From Abditibacteriaceae bacterium (GTDB lineage Bacteria; Armatimonadota; Abditibacteriia; Abditibacteriales; Abditibacteriaceae), in the NCBI GenBank assembly GCA_031372065.1, contig JANMKN010000043.1, forward strand, positions 9,084 to 73,083: a stretch of 64,000 nt of DNA, given 5' to 3'. The notes under the pieces were generated by a model. That model saw nothing but the letters and a program-made list of their open reading frames with translations. It searched no databases and was not told the origin of the DNA. Position numbers and translations under genes: made by a program. This document shows, in pieces, positions 39,980 to 49,068 of this stretch (positions are counted from its first letter, which is position 1; each line of letters opens with the position of its first letter).

Positions 39980-41566
39980 ATGGAGAGCAATCTCACCACG
40001 AGCGCGCTGGCCTTGGGCCTGATTAGTTGGTGTTGCGGCCTTTTCGCGGCGCGGGCGAACACCAACGCTGCAAATAGCCAAGCCGCACAACCGAAAATCG
40101 CTTTAACGTATTGGCTTTTTGCCATTGGCGCGCCGTTGTTATTTTGGGTGCTGACGTTGCCCGAAGCGCCGCCTTTTGGCATCGGTCACGCGTCGGGTAA
40201 CGGCGTTTTGCTCGGCGGATTTTGCGCGCTTATGGGCGCTTTCTCGCTGCTCAAAGCCGTTCAATGGAACAGCGATTCATCACGCGCCGCCGGGTTGGGA
40301 ATGTTGCTGTCTTTGGCGGCGTCGGCTGTCGTTTTGGTGCCGCTTTTGTGGAAACAAGGGCGTTTTGATGCCTTGATGGGCGTTGGCATCGGCTGGCTGG
40401 CGGTATTGTTTTTGTTGTCGCTGGGTTACGCCTCGCCGCTATTTGCCAAAGCCGCCGCGTTTGGCGTGACGTGCTGCGCGTGTCTGGGCATGGGAATTTT
40501 CCGCGACGCCATGATGCCGGGCGCGGCCAACGCGACATGGGGCGGTTTGATGGCGCTTTTGTGCGCGGCGGTGCCCTTTGCTTTGCTGCTATGCGCCTTG
40601 CCCGCCGATTTGATGGCGCGCAAAATTCCGTTTCCGCAATTGATGCCGCGTCGCGCCGCCGATTCGCAAACGAACGCCGCGCGCGGTTGGCAAATCGTTT
40701 TAGCGGCAATTTTGCTGCTCATTTTGACGCAATTGTTGGCGACCAAAGTGGCCGACAAGCCCGAACTTTTGTTTTGCGCGGCGTGCGGCGCCCTGGCCGG
40801 TTTTATCGCGTGGCGTGTTTGCGCCGATGCCGAAGAAAACAGCCCGCCGTTTTTAGCCGCCTTGGTTTTGCTCTCAGCGTTCATTGTTTCCTATCGCTTG
40901 ATGCAAGGTTTTGGCGGCGGCGTGATGATTTTAGCCGCATGGCTGCCGGCATTGGCCGATGATGAAACGCAAACTCGTCAATCGTCAATCGGGGCATCTT
41001 CTGAGTCGAATCGTCAACCATCAATTGGGGCACCGTCTGGGTCGAATCGTCAATTTGAAAGCCTGCTCGCCTTTGGCGCTGTGGCGATGCTTTATCGCTT
41101 TGCCGCGACGCGTTTTCGTTACGACCTCGACGCGTTGCAACTGGACGAATACTTTTCGTTTTTCGCTTTAATGCTCGGCGCGGCGCTGCCCGCATTTTTG
41201 GCCCGCCTGCAAGCCAACAAAGAAGAACAATCGCCCCTCGAATCGGGTCTGCGCGCTTTATTGTGCGGCGCGCTTTTGTTGGCGGTTCCGCTGGTGGGAA
41301 TTATGTTATGGGGCGCGCAAACGGCTTTGGTTTTAACCGCAGGCGCGGCGCTGGGGCTTTTATTGGTGCCCGCGCAAAATGGGCGCATCGCTCCGGCGTT
41401 TTACGCTCTGGGCGGCGCTTTGGCGCTGGCGCAATGGACAAAACACGCCTTGCCGCTTTACGAAATCACGCGCGCCGACAAAGCCAAATATTTAGGCACG
41501 CTGACCATCGGCTTGGCTGTTTTGCTTTTGGTCGTTGATTTAATTTCGCGCCGCAAAACGCGATGA
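39980..41566 (+). CDS. Polytopic membrane protein of unknown function
   Basis: 528 aa with more than 12 hydrophobic segments; co-oriented directly upstream of the A2M gene. Confidence 0.75.
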   Translation: MESNLTTSALALGLISWCCGLFAARANTNAANSQAAQPKIALTYWLFAIGAPLLFWVLTLPEAPPFGIGHASGNGVLLGGFCALMGAFSLLKAVQWNSDSSRAAGLGMLLSLAASAVVLVPLLWKQGRFDALMGVGIGWLAVLFLLSLGYASPLFAKAAAFGVTCCACLGMGIFRDAMMPGAANATWGGLMALLCAAVPFALLLCALPADLMARKIPFPQLMPRRAADSQTNAARGWQIVLAAILLLILTQLLATKVADKPELLFCAACGALAGFIAWRVCADAEENSPPFLAALVLLSAFIVSYRLMQGFGGGVMILAAWLPALADDETQTRQSSIGASSESNRQPSIGAPSGSNRQFESLLAFGAVAMLYRFAATRFRYDLDALQLDEYFSFFALMLGAALPAFLARLQANKEEQSPLESGLRALLCGALLLAVPLVGIMLWGAQTALVLTAGAALGLLLVPAQNGRIAPAFYALGGALALAQWTKHALPLYEITRADKAKYLGTLTIGLAVLLLVVDLISRRKTR

Positions 41567-41606
41567 ATTAGCACTGGTGTTTGTGTAGTTTTCTGTGAGG
41601 TGTTTT

Positions 41607-44600
41607 ATGTCGGAAATTGCTTTTCCCCGCTTTCGTTATGGCAGCGCGATTTTGGCGCTGTTTTGCATCGGCGCGGCGCTTTGTTATGCCGTGTTGCAGG
41701 AAACGCCGCGCGGCAAACTAAGCGGCCAAATCACGCGCTCGGATACGGGTGCCGTTGTGCCGTTCGCGCGTGTTGTCGCTTACAGCGCGGCGGGCACCTT
41801 TTACGCGCGCGCCGATAGCAAAGGGAATTTTGCCTTTTCCGCTTTGCCTGCCGGTAAATACGAAATCACGGCCTATTCGCGCTCCGAAGCCTTTCGCGCC
41901 ACCGGCGCTAAAACGACAGTTGACGAAGGCTTAAACACCGACCTTCCGCTCACGCTGCATCGCGCGCGGCCCGATTTACAGCAAACGCAGCAGCAAAATG
42001 TTTTCGCGCCCGGCGAAGCGGTTTTTCTGCCGGTTCATGGCTACGTCAATCCCGATAAAGCGAAAAACGCCGACATGCTTCATGTGAAAGTTTGGAAAAC
42101 GCGCTTATCCAGCATCATGCAAGACGAGGAAGCGGCGCGCGCGCTTTCGGCTGTGGCCTCGCGCTGGGAGCGCAAAGATTCGCTGCCGACAGTGCTGATT
42201 AATCCAGCAGGTCAAAGCGGCGCACGACTGATTTCTGACGCCGATATTCCCATCCGCGAAGCCGATGCCGAAGGCTTTTATCACAAGCGTGTGGCGTTGC
42301 CCGCGCAAGGCGTCGGCTTATATTTAGTCGAGGTTTCGCACGCGCAAGACAAGGAAACCAAAAGCGTTTGCGGTTGGATGAATGTCACGTCAACCTCGCT
42401 GATTTTAAAGAAAACGCGCGAATCGGCTTTGGCTTTTGTCACCGATTTGCAAAGCGGCGCGCCCAAGAAAAATTTTGAAGTCGGCTTGTTTTATAAAGGC
42501 CAAAAATACGGCCATGCCAAAACCGATGTTAGTGGTTTAGCGACCTTGCCTGTGCCACAAACGAGCGAAGGAAAAATCATCGCCATTGCGCAATTAAACG
42601 GTGACGAAGCGGTTTTAGGCCGCGAATTATACGGAGAGGAAAACAGCGGCAACGTCGTCACGCACGTTTATACAGACCGTCCGATTTATCGCCCCGGCCA
42701 GAAGATTTCGTTTAAGGGCGTGACGCGCCTGCGCGCCCCAAAACCTGACAATTCAAAGTTCCTTTTTGCCGATTGGCACGTTAAACAGCAGGCGCACGGT
42801 TTTCTGTTTTCCAATACGTCTGCTGGTTTTGCTCAAATTGAAGTGCGCGACCCATCGGGCGTGCAGATTTTTAAATCACAAAAACCGATTAACAATTACG
42901 GCTCGTTCGCGGGCGATTTTGAACTTTCGCCTCAAGCGCCCACCGGCAATTATTCTTTGATTTCTACGGTTGATGGGCAGGAAACTTCGACGGACATTAC
43001 CATCGCGGCTTATCGCAAACCGGAATTTGAAGTGAGCGTCACGCCCGCCAAAGAGCGCTATTATGCGGGCGAAGGCATGAGCGCGACTATAGGGGCAAAA
43101 TACTATTTCGGCACGCCCGTCGCGGGCGCCAAGGTGCGTTTTGAGATTTATCGCAACGCCGATTGGAGCAGCGAGGGCGATTACAACGAAGACGATGGCG
43201 AAAGCTACGACTACGGCGAATTTATCCGCGAGGGCGAAGGCGTTTTGGATGAAAATGGCAAATTAATCGTCCCATTTTCGGCCCAAAGCGCAGGGGAACT
43301 CGAAGCGCTGTCCGGCAAAAAACGGGAAGTGCAAGAAGAGAGCGAAGATGAACTGCACAATTTCAGTTCCGATCATGCACAGGTCTTCACGGCTCATGTC
43401 ACCGTTACCGATCAGGCCGAGCGCGAAGTGCAAGCCGAAGGCAAAACGCGCCAAGTGGCGGGCGATTTTACGCTCGACTTGCAGCCGCAAGGCTACGTCG
43501 CCGAGCCGGGCAAAGCCACTGCGCTTACCATCGCCGCGCGCGATTACGAAGGCAAGCCCGTCGCCAATTTGCCGCTTGAAGTTGAACTGGGCTATTGGCG
43601 CTCTGCCGAAAAAGAAAAAGGCAGCACCTTTATCGCTTTGCGGTCGCAAAAATTTACAACCAACGCGCAAGGCGTGGCAACGGGTAGCATCACGCCGCCG
43701 CGCGGCGGCGATTTGCAACTCACGGCGCGCGCCAAAGATTCCGGCGGGCGCGCCATTCAAGACCGCACGAATTTATGGGCTGTGAGTAGCAGCGGCGATT
43801 ATTCGGATTACGGCAGTTACGACAGCGATTTATCGCTTTTTACCGACAAAAAACAATATGAAGCGGGCCAAACGGCGCGCGTTTTAATCAACAGCGGCAA
43901 AACCGGCCAAAGCGTTTTGCTCACCCTCGAAGGCGAGCGCATTTATCGTTCGTTTGTGGTGCCGATTAAACAGCGCAGCACACTTGTGCAAGTGCCGATT
44001 CAAAACGAATACGGCCCGAATGTGTATTTGGCGGCGTGCTATGTCAAAGACAAAAAATTCGCGCAAAGCGAGGTGCCGCTGCGCGTTCATGTGGCGGACA
44101 GGGAAGTGAAAGTTGCCATTCGCGCCGATAAAACCGATTACGCACCGGGCGGAAAAATCAGCTACGCCGTGCAAACCACCGATGCCAAAGGCAAGCCGAT
44201 TCCTGCCGAGTTTTCGTTTGGCGTAGTGGACGAAAGCATTTATGCTTTGCGCGAAGATAAGCCCGAATCTTTGCGCGAAACGTTTTATCCGCGCCGCGAA
44301 AATCGCGTTTCGACTTCGTATTCGTTCGCCACGGAATATCTCGGCGACGCCAACAAAGCAGGCATGAAAATCGAGCCGCGTCGCAAGTTTGTGGACACCG
44401 CGTTTTGGCAGCCGCTTGCGCACACTGATGCCAACGGACAGGCAAAAATCTCCTTCGCATTGCCCGATAATCTCACCAAATGGCGCGCCACGGCTATCGC
44501 TCAAACGCACGACACGGCGTTTGGTTTTAACACGCAAAAAGTGACGGTGAGCAAAGAGTTTTTCGTGCGCCTCGACAAGCCGCGTTTTCTCACGCAAAAC

Positions 44601-46499
44601 GACAACGCGCAATTAACAGCCTTCGTGCATAACGAAACCGGCAAAGCGCAAAAAGTGAGCGTGCAATTGGATTTGCAAGGCCTTGATTCGTCGCTGGAAA
44701 AAACGCAGAAAATTGAAATCGCGCCGAATGAAGTCAAAGAAATCTTGTGGCCGGTGAATGCCAAAACCTTCGGCGAGGCAAAAATCACGCTGTCGGCGTG
44801 GACAAGTAACCGCCAGTTTTCGGATGCGCTCGAAGACAAATTGCCTGTTCGTCCTCATGGCCGCGAAACCATCAGCGGCAGGGCCGGACAAGTCACAAAT
44901 AAAGCCAGCGAAACCATCAAACTCGAAGCCAACGCCATCAAAAGTGCCAGTCATCTGAGCGTGCGCGTTACGCCTTCAATTATGTCGGCATTGAGCGGCG
45001 GCTTGGAATATCTGACGGGTTTTCCTTACGGTTGTGTAGAACAAACACTAAGTCGGTTTCTGCCGGATATTTTGGTTGATCGTTTAATGAAAAACGGCGT
45101 GTCGTTGGGCAACAGTCAAGCGCGGTTGCAACGCGACCTGCCCGCGATGGTGCGTGATGGCTTAACGCAACTTTATGCCATGCAGCACGAATCGGGCGCG
45201 TGGGGTTGGTGGGAATACGACGAAGATCATCCTTGGATGACGGCGTATGTTTTATATGGTCTCACGCAAGCGAAAAGCGCCGGTTACGCCGTGGATGAAG
45301 AGCGCTTTCGGCGCGGACGACAAGGCGGTTTGGCTTTGCTGCCCAAGGCGCAGGGAGTGCATCGCGCCTTTTTGCTTTATTCTTTGGCGCTTTCATCGCA
45401 AACGAGCGCCGAACGCGCCGCGATTGCCAAAGAACGCGGCAAAACCAAGTGGAACGGCTGGGACGCCGAGCCGATTTCGTATTTGCTTTTGACTGACCAC
45501 ATTTTGAATTCTCCCGATCCAAAATTAGGAGCCGCCTTCGAGCGTCGCGCTGTTTCCGCTGACGGCATGACGCATTTCACGCATTGGCCGACGGGCAAAT
45601 GGGAATTTCACGATTACGATTACGATGATATAACTGCCACCAGTGCCGCGCTTCGCGCGATGCTGAAAAAGAACCCCAACGACGCGCGCATCGCTGGCAT
45701 TTTGCGCTGGCTGATGGCGCGGCGGACCGGCGATTTTTGGGAATCCACGCGCGATACCAGTTGTGTTTTAAGCGCCTTGTGCGATTATCTGCTTGCCAAA
45801 CCAAACGCGGCCCAGTTGGGCGGCGCTTTAACGGTAAAACTCAATGGCGCGCCTCTGAAATCGTGGACGCTTTCGTCCTCGGCCAACTACGCTGCCGATT
45901 TGCAAATCGCTGTTTCCGGCGACAAATTAAAAGCTGGAATCAACAACATTTCGCTGGAACGCAGCGGCGGCAGCAGTCCGGTTTTCTATGCGGTGCAACT
46001 GCGACAAACCATCGGCAGCGAAGACATTGCGCCTTTGCCGGGCAACTTGAAAATCAATCGAGAATATCTGCGCGTTTCCACGCCCGAACGCGCCCGCAAG
46101 TGGCAAACAAAAACCGAGCCGACGAATAATCGCTTGGCGCAAGGCGATCAGATTTTGGTGAAGCTAACTTTCACCGCGCCGCGCGATATGGCCTATGTTC
46201 TTATCGAAGACGCTTATCCTTCCGGCTGCGAAGTGACAGAACGCGGCACCGCCGACCAAGACCTTGCCGGCGAAGATTACAATTACGGCTATTCGTCCAT
46301 TCAAGTCTCAAATGTAGATGTGCGCGATGACCGCATCGCCTTTTTCGCGCGCAAAGTGTCGGCGGGCACGCACACAATTTCGTATCATTTGCGCGCCCAA
46401 ACGCCGGGCGTTTATCACGTCATGCCCGCACAAATGCAAGCGATGTATGACCCGCAGTTGCGCGCCGAAAGCGCCGAAAACAGGGTGGAAGTGCGGTGA
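41607..46499 (+). CDS. Bacterial alpha-2-macroglobulin with intact thioester motif
   Basis: YTDRPIYRPG (MG2), LPDNLTKWR, FPYGCVEQT thioester, C-terminal PAQMQAMYDP. Confidence 0.93.
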   Translation: MSEIAFPRFRYGSAILALFCIGAALCYAVLQETPRGKLSGQITRSDTGAVVPFARVVAYSAAGTFYARADSKGNFAFSALPAGKYEITAYSRSEAFRATGAKTTVDEGLNTDLPLTLHRARPDLQQTQQQNVFAPGEAVFLPVHGYVNPDKAKNADMLHVKVWKTRLSSIMQDEEAARALSAVASRWERKDSLPTVLINPAGQSGARLISDADIPIREADAEGFYHKRVALPAQGVGLYLVEVSHAQDKETKSVCGWMNVTSTSLILKKTRESALAFVTDLQSGAPKKNFEVGLFYKGQKYGHAKTDVSGLATLPVPQTSEGKIIAIAQLNGDEAVLGRELYGEENSGNVVTHVYTDRPIYRPGQKISFKGVTRLRAPKPDNSKFLFADWHVKQQAHGFLFSNTSAGFAQIEVRDPSGVQIFKSQKPINNYGSFAGDFELSPQAPTGNYSLISTVDGQETSTDITIAAYRKPEFEVSVTPAKERYYAGEGMSATIGAKYYFGTPVAGAKVRFEIYRNADWSSEGDYNEDDGESYDYGEFIREGEGVLDENGKLIVPFSAQSAGELEALSGKKREVQEESEDELHNFSSDHAQVFTAHVTVTDQAEREVQAEGKTRQVAGDFTLDLQPQGYVAEPGKATALTIAARDYEGKPVANLPLEVELGYWRSAEKEKGSTFIALRSQKFTTNAQGVATGSITPPRGGDLQLTARAKDSGGRAIQDRTNLWAVSSSGDYSDYGSYDSDLSLFTDKKQYEAGQTARVLINSGKTGQSVLLTLEGERIYRSFVVPIKQRSTLVQVPIQNEYGPNVYLAACYVKDKKFAQSEVPLRVHVADREVKVAIRADKTDYAPGGKISYAVQTTDAKGKPIPAEFSFGVVDESIYALREDKPESLRETFYPRRENRVSTSYSFATEYLGDANKAGMKIEPRRKFVDTAFWQPLAHTDANGQAKISFALPDNLTKWRATAIAQTHDTAFGFNTQKVTVSKEFFVRLDKPRFLTQNDNAQLTAFVHNETGKAQKVSVQLDLQGLDSSLEKTQKIEIAPNEVKEILWPVNAKTFGEAKITLSAWTSNRQFSDALEDKLPVRPHGRETISGRAGQVTNKASETIKLEANAIKSASHLSVRVTPSIMSALSGGLEYLTGFPYGCVEQTLSRFLPDILVDRLMKNGVSLGNSQARLQRDLPAMVRDGLTQLYAMQHESGAWGWWEYDEDHPWMTAYVLYGLTQAKSAGYAVDEERFRRGRQGGLALLPKAQGVHRAFLLYSLALSSQTSAERAAIAKERGKTKWNGWDAEPISYLLLTDHILNSPDPKLGAAFERRAVSADGMTHFTHWPTGKWEFHDYDYDDITATSAALRAMLKKNPNDARIAGILRWLMARRTGDFWESTRDTSCVLSALCDYLLAKPNAAQLGGALTVKLNGAPLKSWTLSSSANYAADLQIAVSGDKLKAGINNISLERSGGSSPVFYAVQLRQTIGSEDIAPLPGNLKINREYLRVSTPERARKWQTKTEPTNNRLAQGDQILVKLTFTAPRDMAYVLIEDAYPSGCEVTERGTADQDLAGEDYNYGYSSIQVSNVDVRDDRIAFFARKVSAGTHTISYHLRAQTPGVYHVMPAQMQAMYDPQLRAESAENRVEVR

Positions 46500-46500
46500 T

Positions 46501-48150
46501 TTACTCGCCCGGTGTGTCTTGTTGCGGATCGTGAGGGATGACGAAGATAAATTTGGAGCCTTTGCCGATTTCGCTTTCGGCCCAGATTTCGCCTTGATGA
46601 CGATCGACTAAATGCTTTACCAAAAACAGGCCAATGCCGGTGCCGCCTGCCATGCGGGTGTCTTGGTTATCCACGCGCTCGAACTTTTCAAAAACGCGGC
46701 TCAATTTGTTGGCCGGAATGCCGATGCCTTGATCGCTGATGCAAACTGTTAAATTCTTTTCGTCGCTGTTGAAATCCACCAGCACTTCGCCGCCATGCGG
46801 GGAGTATTTGATGGCATTGGAAACGAGATTGGTGATGATCTGATCGAATTTGTCGCAGTCGCCAGTGATAGGCGGAATGGTGCTGCGTGTTTTGAGTTTG
46901 AGATGATGCTTATCGCTGGCGTAGGAGCGTTGCACGCGCAGGGCTTTTTGAGCAATTTCCACCGGATCGAACGTGCTCCAGTTCATTTCCAGCGCGCGGC
47001 CCGATTCGATGCGCGAAACGTTTAATAAATCGTCAATCAGGCGGCGCAAACGGTCACATTCGCTATCAATAATCTCGTAGAACTCCAAACGGTCTTCGTT
47101 GGTGAAATAACCTTCGGTATCTTGCAAAAGCGTGGAGATAAAGCCCTTAATGGAAGTCAGCGGCGTGCGCAATTCGTGCGAAACGGTGGAGACGAACGCG
47201 GTTTTCATGCGCTCGACGTTGCGAATGGCCGTGATGTCGTTGAAAACCACGGCGACGCCCATTAATATATTGGAGCCGCCGTGTTGGGCGCGCACAAAGG
47301 CGGTTTGCGCTTGAAAAATGCGCGTTTCGCTGTCGTCGCCGATGCCCAATTGCACTTCGATTTCGCGATGCGTTTCGTGGCGTTGATCGAACACTTCGTC
47401 CAGCATTTCGCGCACTGTCGGGTTTTGAATGGCGTCGCGGAAATGTTTGCGCAGCGAATTTTCGCCCATGCCGAAAATCTGCGCCGCCGCCGGGTTCATC
47501 AGCGAAATCGTGCCGTCCGGGTCCAGCATGATAACGCCTGCCAAAAGGCTTTGCAGCGTGGCTTGCAACTGTTCTTTTTCTTCGGCAAGGCGCAAATACA
47601 TTTGCGCGTTGGTGATGGCGGCAGTCACTTGCCGCGCCATAGTGTTTAAAAGCAGTAAATCTTCGCTGGAAAAGTCTTCGCCCGCGCGTTTGTTGATAAT
47701 CAGCAGCACGCCCACTGTAACGTGCGCGATGACGCGTTCTTGTTCGTCGCGGCGCTCCATAACGAGCGGTTGCGCGATGAGATTGCGCACATTTAAGGGG
47801 CCAAGGCGCGCGCGATCCGCTTCGGAAAGGCTTTCAAATTGGGCCGCCGTTTCGATGACAACAGGAGCACTATGGTGATAAACCTCGCCGCCCAAACCGG
47901 CGTTGGACGACAAGCGGAGTTGGCGAATTTGGTCGGGCGTAAGGCCCAAAGAAGGCGCTCTGGCTACCAAGTCGCTGCTTTCGTGATCGTAAAGCAGAAA
48001 CGCACAGCGCTCGGCCTGAAGCATCATCGCCACGCGGCGCACAAGACGCTGGAGCGTTTGTTCCAACTCAGTGGCCGAAGGCATTTGCGGCGAGGCGCCG
48101 TTGCCTGCCTGACCGTTGGAATGAGAATGCGTAGCGGGAGTATCTTCCAT
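46501..48150 (-). CDS. GAF-PAS sensor histidine kinase
   Basis: VSHELRTPLTSIKG, NLVSNAIKYS, GGTGIGL. Confidence 0.93.
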   Translation of the reverse strand: MEDTPATHSHSNGQAGNGASPQMPSATELEQTLQRLVRRVAMMLQAERCAFLLYDHESSDLVARAPSLGLTPDQIRQLRLSSNAGLGGEVYHHSAPVVIETAAQFESLSEADRARLGPLNVRNLIAQPLVMERRDEQERVIAHVTVGVLLIINKRAGEDFSSEDLLLLNTMARQVTAAITNAQMYLRLAEEKEQLQATLQSLLAGVIMLDPDGTISLMNPAAAQIFGMGENSLRKHFRDAIQNPTVREMLDEVFDQRHETHREIEVQLGIGDDSETRIFQAQTAFVRAQHGGSNILMGVAVVFNDITAIRNVERMKTAFVSTVSHELRTPLTSIKGFISTLLQDTEGYFTNEDRLEFYEIIDSECDRLRRLIDDLLNVSRIESGRALEMNWSTFDPVEIAQKALRVQRSYASDKHHLKLKTRSTIPPITGDCDKFDQIITNLVSNAIKYSPHGGEVLVDFNSDEKNLTVCISDQGIGIPANKLSRVFEKFERVDNQDTRMAGGTGIGLFLVKHLVDRHQGEIWAESEIGKGSKFIFVIPHDPQQDTPGE

Positions 48151-48249
48151 CGAACTGTAAAAATTTGAGATATTGAAAAGGCGGAGCCACCCCGTTATTC
48201 AAAGAATCAACGTGGAATGGCCCCGCCCCAATGTGGGTCGGTAGCGCGA

Positions 48250-48744
48250 TTACCCAGTGTTGCCAGAATCTTCAGGACGCGCCTCGCTACCGGTGCCCTT
48301 ACGTTTTTCGTCTTTGCGCTTGTCTTCCTTGCGCTTGTCGTCCTTGCGTTCGGGTTTCAAATTCAGACGGGGCGCTTCGCTCGCGGGCGGTTTTTCGTCG
48401 CCTGCGGGCGGTGCGTGCTGGCGCAAAGCCGCCAAATCGTTGAGTTCCTTCAAATGCACTGAAAAATCAAGCAATTCCGCTTCGGAGATAGGCCCAGCTT
48501 CCGCCAGACGCTCACGCTCGTTGTCCGAAAGCTCATCGTGGTCTGGTTCCAATAATGTCCAGTCCCAACGCGCTTCGGGGACGAAAGTCTGCCCCATTCG
48601 CTTGCAGCGACGGCAGCGAAACTTGACGTAAACGTAATTTTGCCCCGGCGCCCGTTCGTATAAATCGGTGCGCATGATTTCTCTGGCTTGAATCCGATGC
48701 CCACAACAACGGCACTGCACTTCTTGTTTGCTCATACTGCCCAT
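48250..48744 (-). CDS. Zinc-ribbon hypothetical protein
   Basis: CRCCG...CRRC and a charged C-terminal tail. Confidence 0.7.
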   Translation of the reverse strand: MGSMSKQEVQCRCCGHRIQAREIMRTDLYERAPGQNYVYVKFRCRRCKRMGQTFVPEARWDWTLLEPDHDELSDNERERLAEAGPISEAELLDFSVHLKELNDLAALRQHAPPAGDEKPPASEAPRLNLKPERKDDKRKEDKRKDEKRKGTGSEARPEDSGNTG

Positions 48745-49068
48745 AAGGAGATGACCTCCGAACGACAGTATAGTAGGTGGCGAGTGGTGAGTGGTAGGAT
48801 GAAGCGAATGTGTTCAGGGCAATCGCAGAAGAAATACTTGTGACGAATCGGCACCCGTCGGGACGTAATTCACTCCATCCGTTGCTGCTGTGTCATCTGC
48901 GCCTGCCCGTTTGGAAGAGAGTCCGCACCTGCCCACAGATGGGCGCCCGGCGCCCGACTCCGCTAAATGACTTAGCGGCTCCGCCGAACCAGTGATTTTC
49001 CGGCGAATCTGTTGGGTTTGAGTTAGTTTTGGAGTGCGGCCATCGTCGTTTGATGTGTGACGCCAAAT

